64,000 nucleotides of DNA from Malacoraja senta (Eukaryota), in assembly GCA_038087875.1 (NCBI GenBank), contig JAXLNO010000385.1, positions 930,001 to 994,000 of the forward strand, read 5' to 3'. Of this stretch, positions 49,941 through 61,418 are shown one piece after another. Made by a program: the position numbers and the translations under genes. The notes beneath the pieces were generated by a model. It did not search any database and was not told the origin of the DNA. It saw only the letters and a program-made list of their open reading frames with translations. How positions within the stretch are numbered: position 1 is the stretch's first letter; every line of letters begins with the position of its first letter.

Positions 49941-52470
49941 GATCTAGAGGAACCGGGTTCATATAGAGCTATATCACTTTTAAATACCGACCAGAAAATT
50001 CTAGCAAAGACCTTAGCTAGAAGACTAAGCAAATATATTAGTAAATTGATAAACCCTGATCAAACGGGGTTTATACCCAAAAGATATTCATTTAATAATT
50101 TGAGACGCCTGTTTAATATAATGTACTCACATAAAAAGGAAGAAAAAGACTTAGCAATTTATTTCTTTGGACGCAGAGAAAGCATTTGATCAGGTAGAAT
50201 GGCAGTATTTATACATAGTATTACAAAAATTTAATATGGGAGAGAATTTTATTGCATGGGTGAAATTATTATATGATAAACCGATGGCAAGAATATTAAC
50301 TAACAGCATGTTATCTCAAAAATTTCAATTATCAAGGGGTAATAGGCAGGGATGTGCTTTATCACCCCTGCTATTTGCCCTTATGATAGAACCTCTGGCT
50401 GAAAGTATAAGAAGCCATCCGAATATTCAGGGTTATAATACTAGGGACTCAAATAATAAAATTTCATTGTATGCAGACGATATTTTGTTATATATAACAA
50501 ATTCACAAACGAGTATACCAAATTTATTAAATTTAATAGAGGAATTTGGGTCCTTTTCAGGATATAGAATAAATTGGAACAAAAGTGAAATTATGACGTT
50601 AAAACCTCAAGAATCCACACACTTATTGAAATTCCCCTTTAAAATAGCAACAGAAAAATTCAAATATCTGGGTATACAGATTACTAGAAAACATAAAGCT
50701 TTATTCAATGCTAATTTTATACCCTTAATAAATAAACTTAATATAATGATAAAATTTTGGAAAACACTCCCTTTATCATTAATAGGCAGAATAAATGCTA
50801 TTAAAATGAGCTTCTTACCACAGTTATTATAATTATTTCAATCTATACCAGTATATGTACCAACATATTTCTTCTCTAAACTGAATGCTAATATTACTAA
50901 TTTTGTTTGGGATTACAAATCACATAGAATTAAAAAAGAACACTTATGTAAACCAAAGATGTCGGGGGACTTTCACTCCCTAATTTTTTGTATTACTATT
51001 GGGCAATACATATTAAGAATATAATTTACTGGTTGGATAGTTCAACTCAACAGACAGAATGGATAAAAATGGAGAAAGAGGATTGTTATCCTTGTAATAT
51101 AGGAACAATCCTCTTCTCCCCGAAAAAAATGAACAATACAATATATAAGAAAAACCCAATTATACAAGATACAATAAGAATATGGAAACAAATAAAACTA
51201 TCCTTAAAATTAAGAAACCTATCATTGTTAACACCGATAGCGAATAATCCTTTATTTAAACCATCTATGATGGATAAAATATATAATCAATGGGAAAGTT
51301 TAGGAATTAAAAGGATCGGGGATATGTATGAAATGGGAGATTTATTATCATTTCAACAATTACAATTAAAATTTAAACTGAAAAAACACTCATTATTTTA
51401 AATATTTTCAGATTTGTAATTTTTTGAAGACATACATACAGGGATATCAAAAAATAACTCCTGATTTACTAGAAGAAGTAATGAATATAAAAGCTGATAC
51501 ACAAAAATTAATAGCATATTTATATAATAGTATCTTAAATATAGATTTACCTGTGACCGAGGTAATTAGAGAAGAGTGGGAACGGGAATTATTGATAAAA
51601 ATTACGAAGGCTACATGGGAAAAGTATTTGACATACATTCACAAGTGTTCGATTAACGCAAGACATAATCTAATCCAATTTAAAATTTTACATAGATTAT
51701 ATTACTCAAAAACAAGATTAAATAAATGTTATCCAAATATATCGCCCATTTGCGATAAATGTTTAATCCACGAAGCAACTATAACACACTCTTTTGTTTC
51801 TTGTATAAAACTTCATGGATTTTGGAGTGATATTTTCGAAATATTTACAAAATTATTTAAGACAAAAATGGAACCCAATAATGAATTGATTATATTTGGG
51901 GTAATGGAAGACGGGAACAAATTGAGCTCATCTCAAAAGTCAATTTTTAATTATGGTTTAATAATAGCAAAAAATTAATATTGAAATTTTGGAAAAATAC
52001 ACCAATACCAACGCTCAAAATGTGGATTGCAAGTATGTTGGATACCGCACATCTTGAGGAAATGCGATTCCTCCTAATAGATAAATTTGACCAATTCATA
52101 ACGAGTTGCTCTCCATTTGTCGTCTTTTTGGAAACGTATGGTGCAAAACAGGTGTAAAAGCTAATCCGTGACTGCGGATGGTCAAGATTATAAATTATCT
52201 CCTTCTATTTTCTTTCTTCTCTTCTTTTCATTTATTATCTTTCTTCTATTTTCTATGTCTCAACTTTCTTATTTCATTCTTTATTTTTTCTTTTTCATAC
52301 ACTATATATCTCACATTTTTCTATTTTTCATTATCTAACTTTTTTCTTTTTCTTCTTTATTTCAAAATTTTTTTAAAATAAGAAGCTGTACATAAAAGGT
52401 ATTATGAAAATATGATGTATACAATTGTACTTACTTCTAATAAAATAAAAATATTAAAAAAAAAAAAAAA
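49941..52470 (+). mobile_element. 5'-truncated L1 (same family as 28361-35336) inserted antisense in Gypsy gag
   Basis: DAEKAFD, RQGCALSPLLF and YADDIL motifs; C-terminal cysteine domain; AATAAA + poly(A) at ~52439-52470; no TSD found. Confidence 0.92.
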
Positions 52471-53133
52471 CTTCACGAACAGCAGAGCGTCCAAGAGATT
52501 GAATGTGAGCATTAGTCAGTTCAGCTATGCGACAGCGGTTTTTAAACAGCCGCTAAAGTCAGGTCAACTTTCTGCAGTATATCATCGCGTAATTCATCAT
52601 TCAATATGCCATGGATTAAGCGGTCCCGTACAAGACTATATTGAATCTCTCTGAAATCGCATCGACTAGCGACATGCTTCAGCACATTAACATGTGGTTC
52701 AACAGGTTCTCCTTGTTTTGACACATTGAAAAAAATTATGGCGTTCCATGCTTACATTAATTTGTAACTCACCTAATTGTCAGAATTTACGTAGGAGACA
52801 TTCAGGATCACGGCGAGACTCCGCAGCAATTTGATCACCGTTAGCATCAACTCAAGCCAGTGCATGGTGAAATCTTCTGGCACGACGAGCAGCCTCAGGG
52901 CCTGCCAAATGGAGAAGAATTAATGCACGAAGAGCAGGATCAGCAGCAGGAAATGCAGCCTCAACGTAGAGTGAAAAATCCTCTTCAAACACACGCCATC
53001 GCTCTGCAAGATCTGCATCGAACACCAAGATGCCTGGCTTCCTGAGAGCAGAAACCATTATCCACAGCAGAAAAATAACAAACCAAGATTTAAAAAAATA
53101 GTATCATTTGAGGAGTAAGTCCGTACACACTGA

Positions 53134-53333
53134 NNNNNNNNNNNNNNNNNNNNNNNNNNNNNNNNNNNNNNNNNNNNNNNNNNNNNNNNNNNNNNNNNNN
53201 NNNNNNNNNNNNNNNNNNNNNNNNNNNNNNNNNNNNNNNNNNNNNNNNNNNNNNNNNNNNNNNNNNNNNNNNNNNNNNNNNNNNNNNNNNNNNNNNNNNN
53301 NNNNNNNNNNNNNNNNNNNNNNNNNNNNNNNNN
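53134..53333. other. Assembly gap (200 N)
   Basis: Run of N; the round length suggests a scaffolding gap of unknown true size. Confidence 0.99.
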
Positions 53334-55089
53334 CAACAACTCCGAACCTCGACGCATGTGGCAAGGCATCCAGGCCATCACGGACTTTAGACCCACCAAC
53401 ACCACCCCCACATCCTGCAACGCCTCCTTCCTTGAAGAGCTTAACCACTTCTATGGCCGCTTCGATAGGGACAATCTAGAGATGGCCATCAAGGCGGTGC
53501 TCCCTGCCGATCACCAGCCCCTCTCACTCACCCCCTACGACGTGTACGTGGCACTGAGTAGGACTAACGCACGTAAGGCTGCTGGTCCTGACGGCATCCC
53601 CGGGCGCGTCCGCATGGCCTGTGCTGCGCAGCTGACAGACGACTGGACTGACATCTTCAACCTGTCACTTGCCCAAGCAGTTGTGCCCACGTGCCTTAAA
53701 TCCACCTCCAGCGTGCCGGTGCCAAAACACTCCACTGCGGCAAGCCTCAGCGACTTCCGCCCAGTTGCACTTACTCCCATCATCGCCAAGTGCTTCGAGA
53801 GGCTGGTCCTGGCACTCCTCAAAGGCTGCCTACCCCCCACATTGGATGCCTATCAGTTTGCCTACCGCAAGAATAGGAGTACGGAGGATGCCATCTCAAC
53901 GGTACTTCACTCCGCCCTCTCCCACCTCGACAACAGAGACACTTACGTAAGAATGCTGTTCATCGATTACAGCTCAGCATTCAACACCATCATACATTCT
54001 AAACTGATCACCAAACTCGGTGACCTGGGCATCGACCCCTCCCTCTGCAACTGGATACTAGTCTTTTTAACCAACAGACCCCAGTCTGTTAGATTAGACA
54101 AGCACACCTCTTCAACCCTCACCCTGATCACCGGCGTTCCACATGATGTGCTGAGCCCCCTCCTCTACTCCCTCTTCACCTATGACTGCACACCTGTACA
54201 TGGTACTAACACCGTCATCAAGTATGCAGATGATACAACGGTGATTGGCCTCATCAGTAACAACGATGAGTCGGCCTATAGGAAGGAGGTCCAGCTCCTA
54301 GCAGCATGGTGCGCTGACAACAACCTGGCCCTTAACTCCAAGAAGACCAAGGAGCTCATTGTAGACTTCAGGAAGTCTAGGGGCGGCACGCACACCCCCA
54401 TCCATATTAACCGGACGGAGGTGGAACGTGTTTCCAGCTTCAGGTTCCTGGGGGTCAACATCTCCGATGATCTCTCTTGGACCCACAATACCTCAACTCT
54501 GGTCAAGAAGGCTCACCAGCGTCTCTTCTTCCTGAGGAGACGAAAGAAGGTTCATCTGTCTCCTCAGATTCTGGTGAACTTCTACCGCTGCACCATCGAG
54601 AGCATCCTTACCAACTGTATCACAGTATGGTATGGCAACTGCTCCGTCTCCGACCGGAAAGCACTGCAGAGCGTGGTGAAAATTGCCCAACGTATCACCG
54701 GTTCCTTACTCCCCTCCATTGAGTCTGTCCAAATCAAGCGATATCTGCGAAGGGCGTGCAGCATCGTCTTGGACTGCTCTCACTCCAACTACAGACTATT
54801 TACCCTCCTCCCATCCGGGAGGCGCTACAGGTCCCTCCGTTGCCGGACCAGCAGGTTAGGGAACAGCTTCTTCCCTGCGGCTGTTACACTACTCAACACT
54901 GTACCTCGGTGATTGCCAGTCACCCCACCCCCCCCCCCGGACACTCCTCCCACCAGGATTTATTAGATTTATTTATTGCTCATACTTATGTCGCTCTTCT
55001 AGGGAGATGCTAACTGCATTTCGTTGTCTCTGTACTGTACACTGCACAATGACAATAAAGTTGAATCTGAATCTGAATCTGAATCTGAA
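53334..55089 (+). mobile_element. Rex1/Babar LINE (duplicate of 15700-17829 lacking the L1 insert); open 518-aa RT frame 53356-54912
   Basis: YADDTT intact but [10 protein letters not shown] is reduced to GVPHDVLSP; same (AATCTG)n tail and same downstream Vingi-like flank. Confidence 0.92.
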
Positions 55090-55856
55090 GGCAAACTGTG
55101 TCAACAGCATTCCATCTACACAGCAATGAAGCTAAGCGAGAGCTAGCTGTCTTCGTTAACAACAGGCGCTTGGACTTCGAACAAACACCCACTTACCTCG
55201 CCGTGGGTGTTTGTTGCTTCAAAGGTTTATGCTTCACTAACAAGAAGAAGATAGAAATACGTCATCCTCAATAACAATCAATACGGGAGCACCTCAAGGC
55301 TGCGTGCTCAGCCCCCTGCTTCACTCACTCCATACTCATGACTGTGTAGCCGGACACAGTGCGAACTCCATCTTCAAGCTCATCGACAACACCACCATTG
55401 TGAATTACAGATGGTGATGAGTGTGAAAGAAGTGAGATCGACCGATTGGCCAAATGATGCCAGCACAATAACCTGGCTCTCAATATCAGTAAAACCAATG
55501 AACTGATTGTGGACTTTGGAAGAGGAAGAATGAGGTTCCACAATCCCGTTTATATCAACGGGACGATGGTGGAGAGAGTGAACATTTTCAAATTCCTGGC
55601 GTGTATATTTCCGAAGATCTTTCGTGGACCCAGCAGACTGATGCAATTATAAATAAAGCATATCAACGCCTCTACTTCCTGAGAAGATTACGGAGATTCA
55701 GTGTGTCAAAGAGGATTCTCTTGAACATCTACAAGTGTAAAGTGGAGAACATATTGTCTGGTTGCATCATGGCATGGTTCGACAACTACCCAGTCCATCA
55801 CCGGCTGTGACCTCCCCACCATTGAAGGGATTTACCGGAGTCGCTGCCTCAAAAAA
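55090..55856 (+). mobile_element. Vingi-like remnant + Rex1 fragment, duplicate of 17830-18600
   Basis: Collinear near-identical sequence with the same junction to the cassette. Confidence 0.88.
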
Positions 55857-56432
55857 TAATTTGCCTTGGTGCTCCGCCCGCATGTCGTACTCGAACTCGA
55901 GTTCGAGTTCGAGATCGTGTTCGAGATGAGTACGAGTTCGAGTGCGAATTCGAATTCGATATCGAGATCGAGTTCGAGATAGAGTTCAAGTTTGAGTTCG
56001 AGAGAGAGAGAGAGTTCGAGTTAGAGTTGACGGAATGCATGAATGAATGAATGAATGTTAATTGGCCACGTTTATCGTACAAGGAGTTTGCCTTGGTGCT
56101 CCGCCCGTAAGTCGAAATCCAACTCGAGTTCGAGATCGAATTCGAATTCGAGTTCGAGATAGATTTCGAGTTCGAGTTCGAGATAGATTTCGATTTCGAG
56201 ATAAAGTTCGAGGTCGAGATAGTTCGAGTTCGAATTCGAGTTTTAGCTAGAGATAGAGTTCGAGTTCAAGATAGAGTTCGAGTTCGAGTTCAAGATAAAG
56301 TTCGAAATCGAGTTTGATATCGAGTTTGCGTTCGAGATAGTTCGAGATAGAGTTCAAGTTCGAGAGAGAGTTCGAGATATTTCGAGTTCGAGATGAGAGT
56401 TCGAGTTTGAGTTTTAGTTAGAGAGAGAGTTA

Positions 56433-57015
56433 AAGGCCTGTCTCACAAATCTGCGGTCATTGGCGGCGAAACGGGAAGACTCTGCCGCCATAGACCGCGC
56501 ACTCGTGAGAACGCACAATTCCGGGGCCGTGCGGCGGTGTTCCCAACACCGCACGGTGCTAAAATAAAACCTACAATGTTGAAAACTATATTCTTACCGC
56601 ACAACCTCCACCAGTGAGGCAGGAGTGCGGCACGGCCGCCCGCACGGGCCGCCGCCAGTGTGGCTCGAGCGCCGTGCGTCAAACTTCCACTGCCACAGCC
56701 TCCGCCAGTGAGGCACGTGTGCGGCACGGCCGCAGGCACGGCCACCGCTACAGCGCCGCGATCAGGATGGCCGCCGCCACAGCCGCCGCTTGTGAGTCAC
56801 GTGCGGCGGGCCGACGTCATCGCAGTCGGCCCGCCCTTTTTTTTACTTACCGCAAGCACGTGGGACGAGCCGTATTTGAATTACTCCGCCCCCGCGCAGC
56901 ATCCTTGCGGCGCTCCCGTGGAAAGGCTCGGCGCTCTCAACGTTGCCGTGCGGTCCCCTCTACCGGCGACGCCGCGCTTCACCGCCGATGACCGCAAACA
57001 GGTAAGACAGAGCCA
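56433..57015 (+). mobile_element. Harbinger-type MITE, same insertion site as 18951-19533
   Basis: Same TIRs and flanks; TTA at 56430-56432 and 57016-57018. Confidence 0.82.
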
Positions 57016-57438
57016 TTAGAGATAGAGTTCGAGAGAAAGTTCGAGAGAGAGTTCGAGATAGATTTCCAGATCGATTTCGAGTTCGAGAGAGAGTTAGAGT
57101 TCGTGATAGTTCGCGTTCAAGTTAGAGTTCGAGTTCAAGTTCGCATTCGAGTTCGAGATCGAGATGGAGTTCAAGATAGAGTTCGAGTTTGAGTTCGAGA
57201 GAGAGAGAGAGAGAGTTGACTGAATGCATGAATAAATGAATGAATACGTTTATTGACCATGTATTCACATACAATGAATTTGCCTTGATGCTCCGCCCTC
57301 AAGTCGAGTTCGAGTTGGGGATATTCGTGATAGTTCGAGTTAGAGTTCGAGTTCAAGATATTCGTGATAGCGTTAACTCGAACTCTATCTTGAACTCGAA
57401 CTCTATCTCCAGCAAAAACTCGAGTTCGAGTTCGAGTT

Positions 57439-58701
57439 CATTAGACAATAGACAATAGACAATAGACAATAGGTGCAGGAGTAGGCCATTCGGCCCTTCG
57501 AGCCAGCACCGCCATTCAATGTGATCATGGCTGGTTTTCCCCAATCAGTACCCCGTCCCTGCCTTCTCCCAATATCCCCTGACTCCGCTATTTTTAAGAT
57601 CCCTATCTAGCTCTCTCTTGAAAGCATCCAGAGAACCTGCCCACCGCCCTCTGAGGCAGAGAATTCCACGAACTCACCACTATCTGTGAGAAAAAGCGTG
57701 TTCTCGTCTCCGTTCTAAATGGCTTACTCCTTATTCTTAAACTGTGGTCCATGGTTCTGGACTCCCCCAACATCGTGAACATATTTCCTGCCTCTAGCGT
57801 GTCCCAGCCCTTAACAATCTTATATGTTTCAATGAGATATCCTCTCATCCTTCTAAACTCCAAAGTGTCCAAGCCCAGCTGCTCCATCGTGGGAATTAAC
57901 TACGCTGCACTCCCTCAATAGCAATAATGTACTTCCTCAAATTAGGGGACCAAAACTGCACACAATATTCCAGGTGTGGTCTCACTAGGGCTCTGTACAA
58001 CTGTAGAAGGACCTCTTTGCTCCTATATTCGATTCCTCTTGTTATAAAGGCCAACATGCCATTCGCTTTCTTCACTGCCTCCTGTACCTGCATGTTTACT
58101 TTCATAGACTGGTGTACAAGGACCCCCAGATCCCGTTGTACTTCCTCTTTTCCCAACTGGACGCTATTTAGATAGAAATCTGCCTTCCTGTTTTTGCTAC
58201 CAAAGTGGATAACCTCACATTTATCCGAATTGAACTTCATCTGCCATGCATCTGCCCACTCCCCTACCTGTCCAAGTCACCCTGCATTCTCATAGCGTCC
58301 TCCTCCCTGTTCACACTGCCACCCAGCTTTGTGTTATCTGCAAATTGTCTAATGTTACTTTGAATCCCTTCATCCAAATCATTGATGTATATTATAAATA
58401 GCTGAGGTCGCAGCACCGAGCCTTCCGGTACCCCACTAGTCACTACCTGCCATTCTGAAAGGGACCCGTTAATCCTTATTCTTTGTTTCCTGTCTGCCAA
58501 CCACTTCTCTATCCATGTCAGCACTCTACCCCCAATACCATGTGCCCTATTTCTGCCCACTAATCTCCTATGTGGGACCTTATCAAATGCTTTCTGAAAG
58601 TCCAGGTACACTACATCCACGGGCTCTCCCTTGTCCATTTTCCTAGTTACATCTTCAAAATATTCCAGTAGATTAATCATGATTTCCCCTTCGTAAATCT
58701 A
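57439..58701 (-). mobile_element. CR1 3' fragment, macro-unit copy 3
   Basis: Same truncation, internal deletions and flanks as 19955-21219. Confidence 0.92.
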
Positions 58702-58973
58702 AGTTGGAGTTGGAGTTCGAGTTCGAGATAGATTTGAGGGTCGAGATAGAATTCGAGTTCGAGATAGTTCGAGTTAAAGTTCAAGTTCGCGCTCGAGTTC
58801 GAGTTAAATGAATGAATGAATGAATGAATGAATGAATGAATGAATACGTTTATTGGCCAAGTATTCACATACAAGGAATTTGCCTTGGTGCTCCGGCCGT
58901 AACTTGAACTCCAACTCGAGTTCGAGATAGATAGTTTTCGAGTTCGAGATAAAGTTTGTGATAGAGTTCGAGT

Positions 58974-60161
58974 GATAGAGTACAAGGAAGTTTGTGATAG
59001 AGTACAAGGAAGGCACTTTTCTGACATTTCAGGAGTTGCAACAGACTTATGGACTTCGAGGAAATGATTATTTCAGATATCTTCAACTTAGAGATTATGT
59101 AAAATCGAATACTCAAAATTTTCGAATTAGAAATTCAGAAATTCTTGATGAATGTTGGAACAAACATCCTAATACAGAAAAATTAATATCTTATATATAT
59201 AATATCTTATTAGACAGTGACATTCCATCGACGGACTTACACAGACAAACATGGGAAAAAGAATTAAATCAAATAATAACGAAAGATACTTGGGAAGAAA
59301 GTTTGCAACACATACATCAATGTTCATTAAACGCCAGACATTCTCTAATACAATTTAAAGTAATACATAGGTTACATTATTCAAAAACAAAACTACATAA
59401 AATCTTTCAACATATCTCACCTATATGTGATAAATGTCAACATTTAGAAGCTACCTTATCTCATATGTTTGCAAACTGTATAAAAATTAAAAAATTCTGG
59501 GTAAATATTTTCAGTATAATATCTAAAGTAACCAGCACACAATTGGACCCAGATCCAAAATTAATAATGCTCGGAATATTAGAATTAAATCAAACATTTA
59601 GAACAACACAAAGAAACTTTATTGATTATAGTTTAATAACAGGATAAAAATTAATTCTAAAATTTTGGAAAGGCCCTACGACCCCCACAATCAAAATGTG
59701 GATTATAGAATTGACGGAGACCTTAAACGTGTAAAGAATCAGATTCTCCCTGTTGGACAAACAGGAATTATTCGTTGGAACATGGTCTCCTTTTATTGAT
59801 TACTTAAAGGGTCAGAACAGTTCAGCACAGGAACCTGACTAGCACTCGGGCTAAAGAATGGATGAAATGCTATACTTAGAAATGTACGAATATATCTCGA
59901 ATGAAGTTGTTTATTTTAATAAATTTTTCCATTCTTCTTTAACTATCTTTTTCCTTATTTTTTTTTTTTTTTTTTTTTTTTCTTCTCTTTCTTTTCTTTC
60001 TTTACTTCATCTATCTCTTTAGTTCTATTTAGTTTATAAAAAAAAAAGGCAAAAGGTATTGGAGACAATGTAATAATAATTGACAATATTATCAATTTAA
60101 AAATGTAAGACTGCAATGATGTAAATAGGTTGTGTACTTATCTCCAATAAAAAATATTTTC
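58974..60161 (+). mobile_element. L1 3' fragment (same family as 12606-13585) inserted in satellite
   Basis: ORF 58994-59647 overlaps the 12606 copy almost identically; AGAGTTCGAGT at 58963-58973 and 60162-60172; empty site at ~21690. Confidence 0.9.
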
Positions 60162-60216
60162 AGAGTTCGAGTTCGAGATAGTGTTCGGGTTCGCGTTCAA
60201 GTTCGACCTCGAGTTA

Positions 60217-60820
60217 AGGCTCTGTCTTACCTGTTTGCGGTCATCGGCGGTGAAGCGCGGCGTCGCCGGTAGCGAGGACCGCGCGGCAACGGCGAGAGCG
60301 TCGAGCCTATCCACTGGAGCGCCGCACGGATGCTGCGCGGGGGCCGAGTTAATTCAAACACGGCGGGTCCCACGTGCTTGCGGTAAGTAAAAAAAGGGCG
60401 GGCCGACTGCGATGACGTCGGCCCGCCGTACGTGACTCACCAGCGGCGGCTGTGGCGGCGGCCATCCTGATCGCGGCGCTGTAGCGGTGGCTGTGCCTGC
60501 GGCCGTGCAGCACACGTGCCTCACTGGTGGCGGCACGTGCGTCACTGGCGGAGGCTGTGGCAGTGGAGGTTTGACGCACGGCGCTCGAGCCATATTGGCG
60601 GCGGCCCATGCGAGCGGCCGTGCCGCACTTGTGCATCACTGGTGGAGGTTGTGCGGTGAGTATTTAGTTTTGGACATTGTCGGTTTTATTTTAGCACCGC
60701 GCGATGTTGGGAACACCGCCGCACGGCCCGGGAATTGTACTTTCTCAAGAGTGCGCGGTCTGTGGCGGCAGATTCCTCCCGTTTCGCCGCCATAGACCGC
60801 AGACTCGTGAGACAGGCCTT
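60217..60820 (-). mobile_element. Harbinger-type MITE, first unit of tandem dimer
   Basis: Reverse-complement relative of the 18951 element; TTA at 60214-60216 and 60821-60823. Confidence 0.82.
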
Positions 60821-60823
60821 TTA

Positions 60824-61418
60824 AGGCTCTGTCTTACCTGTTTGCGGTCATCGGCGGTGAAGCGCGGCGTCGCCGGTAGCGGGGACCGCGCGGCAACGGC
60901 GAGAGCGTCGAGCCTATCCACCGGAGCGCCGCACGGATGCTGCGCGGGGGCCGAGTTAATTCAAACACGGCGGGTCCCACGTGCTTGCGGTAAGTAAAAA
61001 AAAAGGGCGGGCCGACTGCGATGACGTCGGCCCGCCGCACGTGACTCACCAGCGGCGGCTGTGGCGGCGGCCATCCTGATCGCGGCGCTGTAGCGGTGGC
61101 TGTGCCTGCGGACGTGCAGCACACGTGCCTCACTGGCGGAGGCACGTGCGTCACTGGCGGAGGCTGTGGCAGTGGAGGTTTGACGCACGGCGCTCGAGCC
61201 ACACTGGCGGCGGCCCGTGCGGGCGGCCTTGCCGCACTCGTGCATCACTGGTGGAGGTTGTGCGGTGAGTATATAGTTTTCGACATAGTCGATTTTATTT
61301 TAGCACCGTGCGGTGTTGGGAACACCGCCGCACGGCCCCGGAATTGTACGTTCTCACGAGTGGCGGCAGATTCTTCCCGTTTCGCCGCCAATGACCGCAG
61401 ACTCGTGAGACAGGCCTT
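60824..61418 (-). mobile_element. Harbinger-type MITE, second unit of tandem dimer
   Basis: TTA at 60821-60823 and 61419-61421; empty site GAGTTAGAGTTG at ~21744. Confidence 0.82.

Larger units (their letters stand above)
46352..53133 (-). mobile_element. Gypsy/Ty3 LTR retrotransposon internal region (gag, protease, RT, RNase H, partial integrase), decayed; 5' LTR not seen before the gap
   Basis: Gag N-terminus 52852-53058; CFNCGGSH…CPAYGK knuckle ~49850-49905; KVDGGA protease; DAKSSFWQIPL…FLRMPFGISSASEVFQ, VDDILI; EQRFAQIEEELFAV RNase H. Confidence 0.88.

Noticed and set aside
46170..53133. Paired LTRs and TSD for dating the Gypsy element
   Set aside because: The 5' LTR is not visible before the N gap, so neither can be assessed.
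53356..54912. 518-aa RT ORF as an active or domesticated gene
   Set aside because: The conserved PQG motif is disrupted, the 5' part is lost in the gap, and the paralogous copy is broken.
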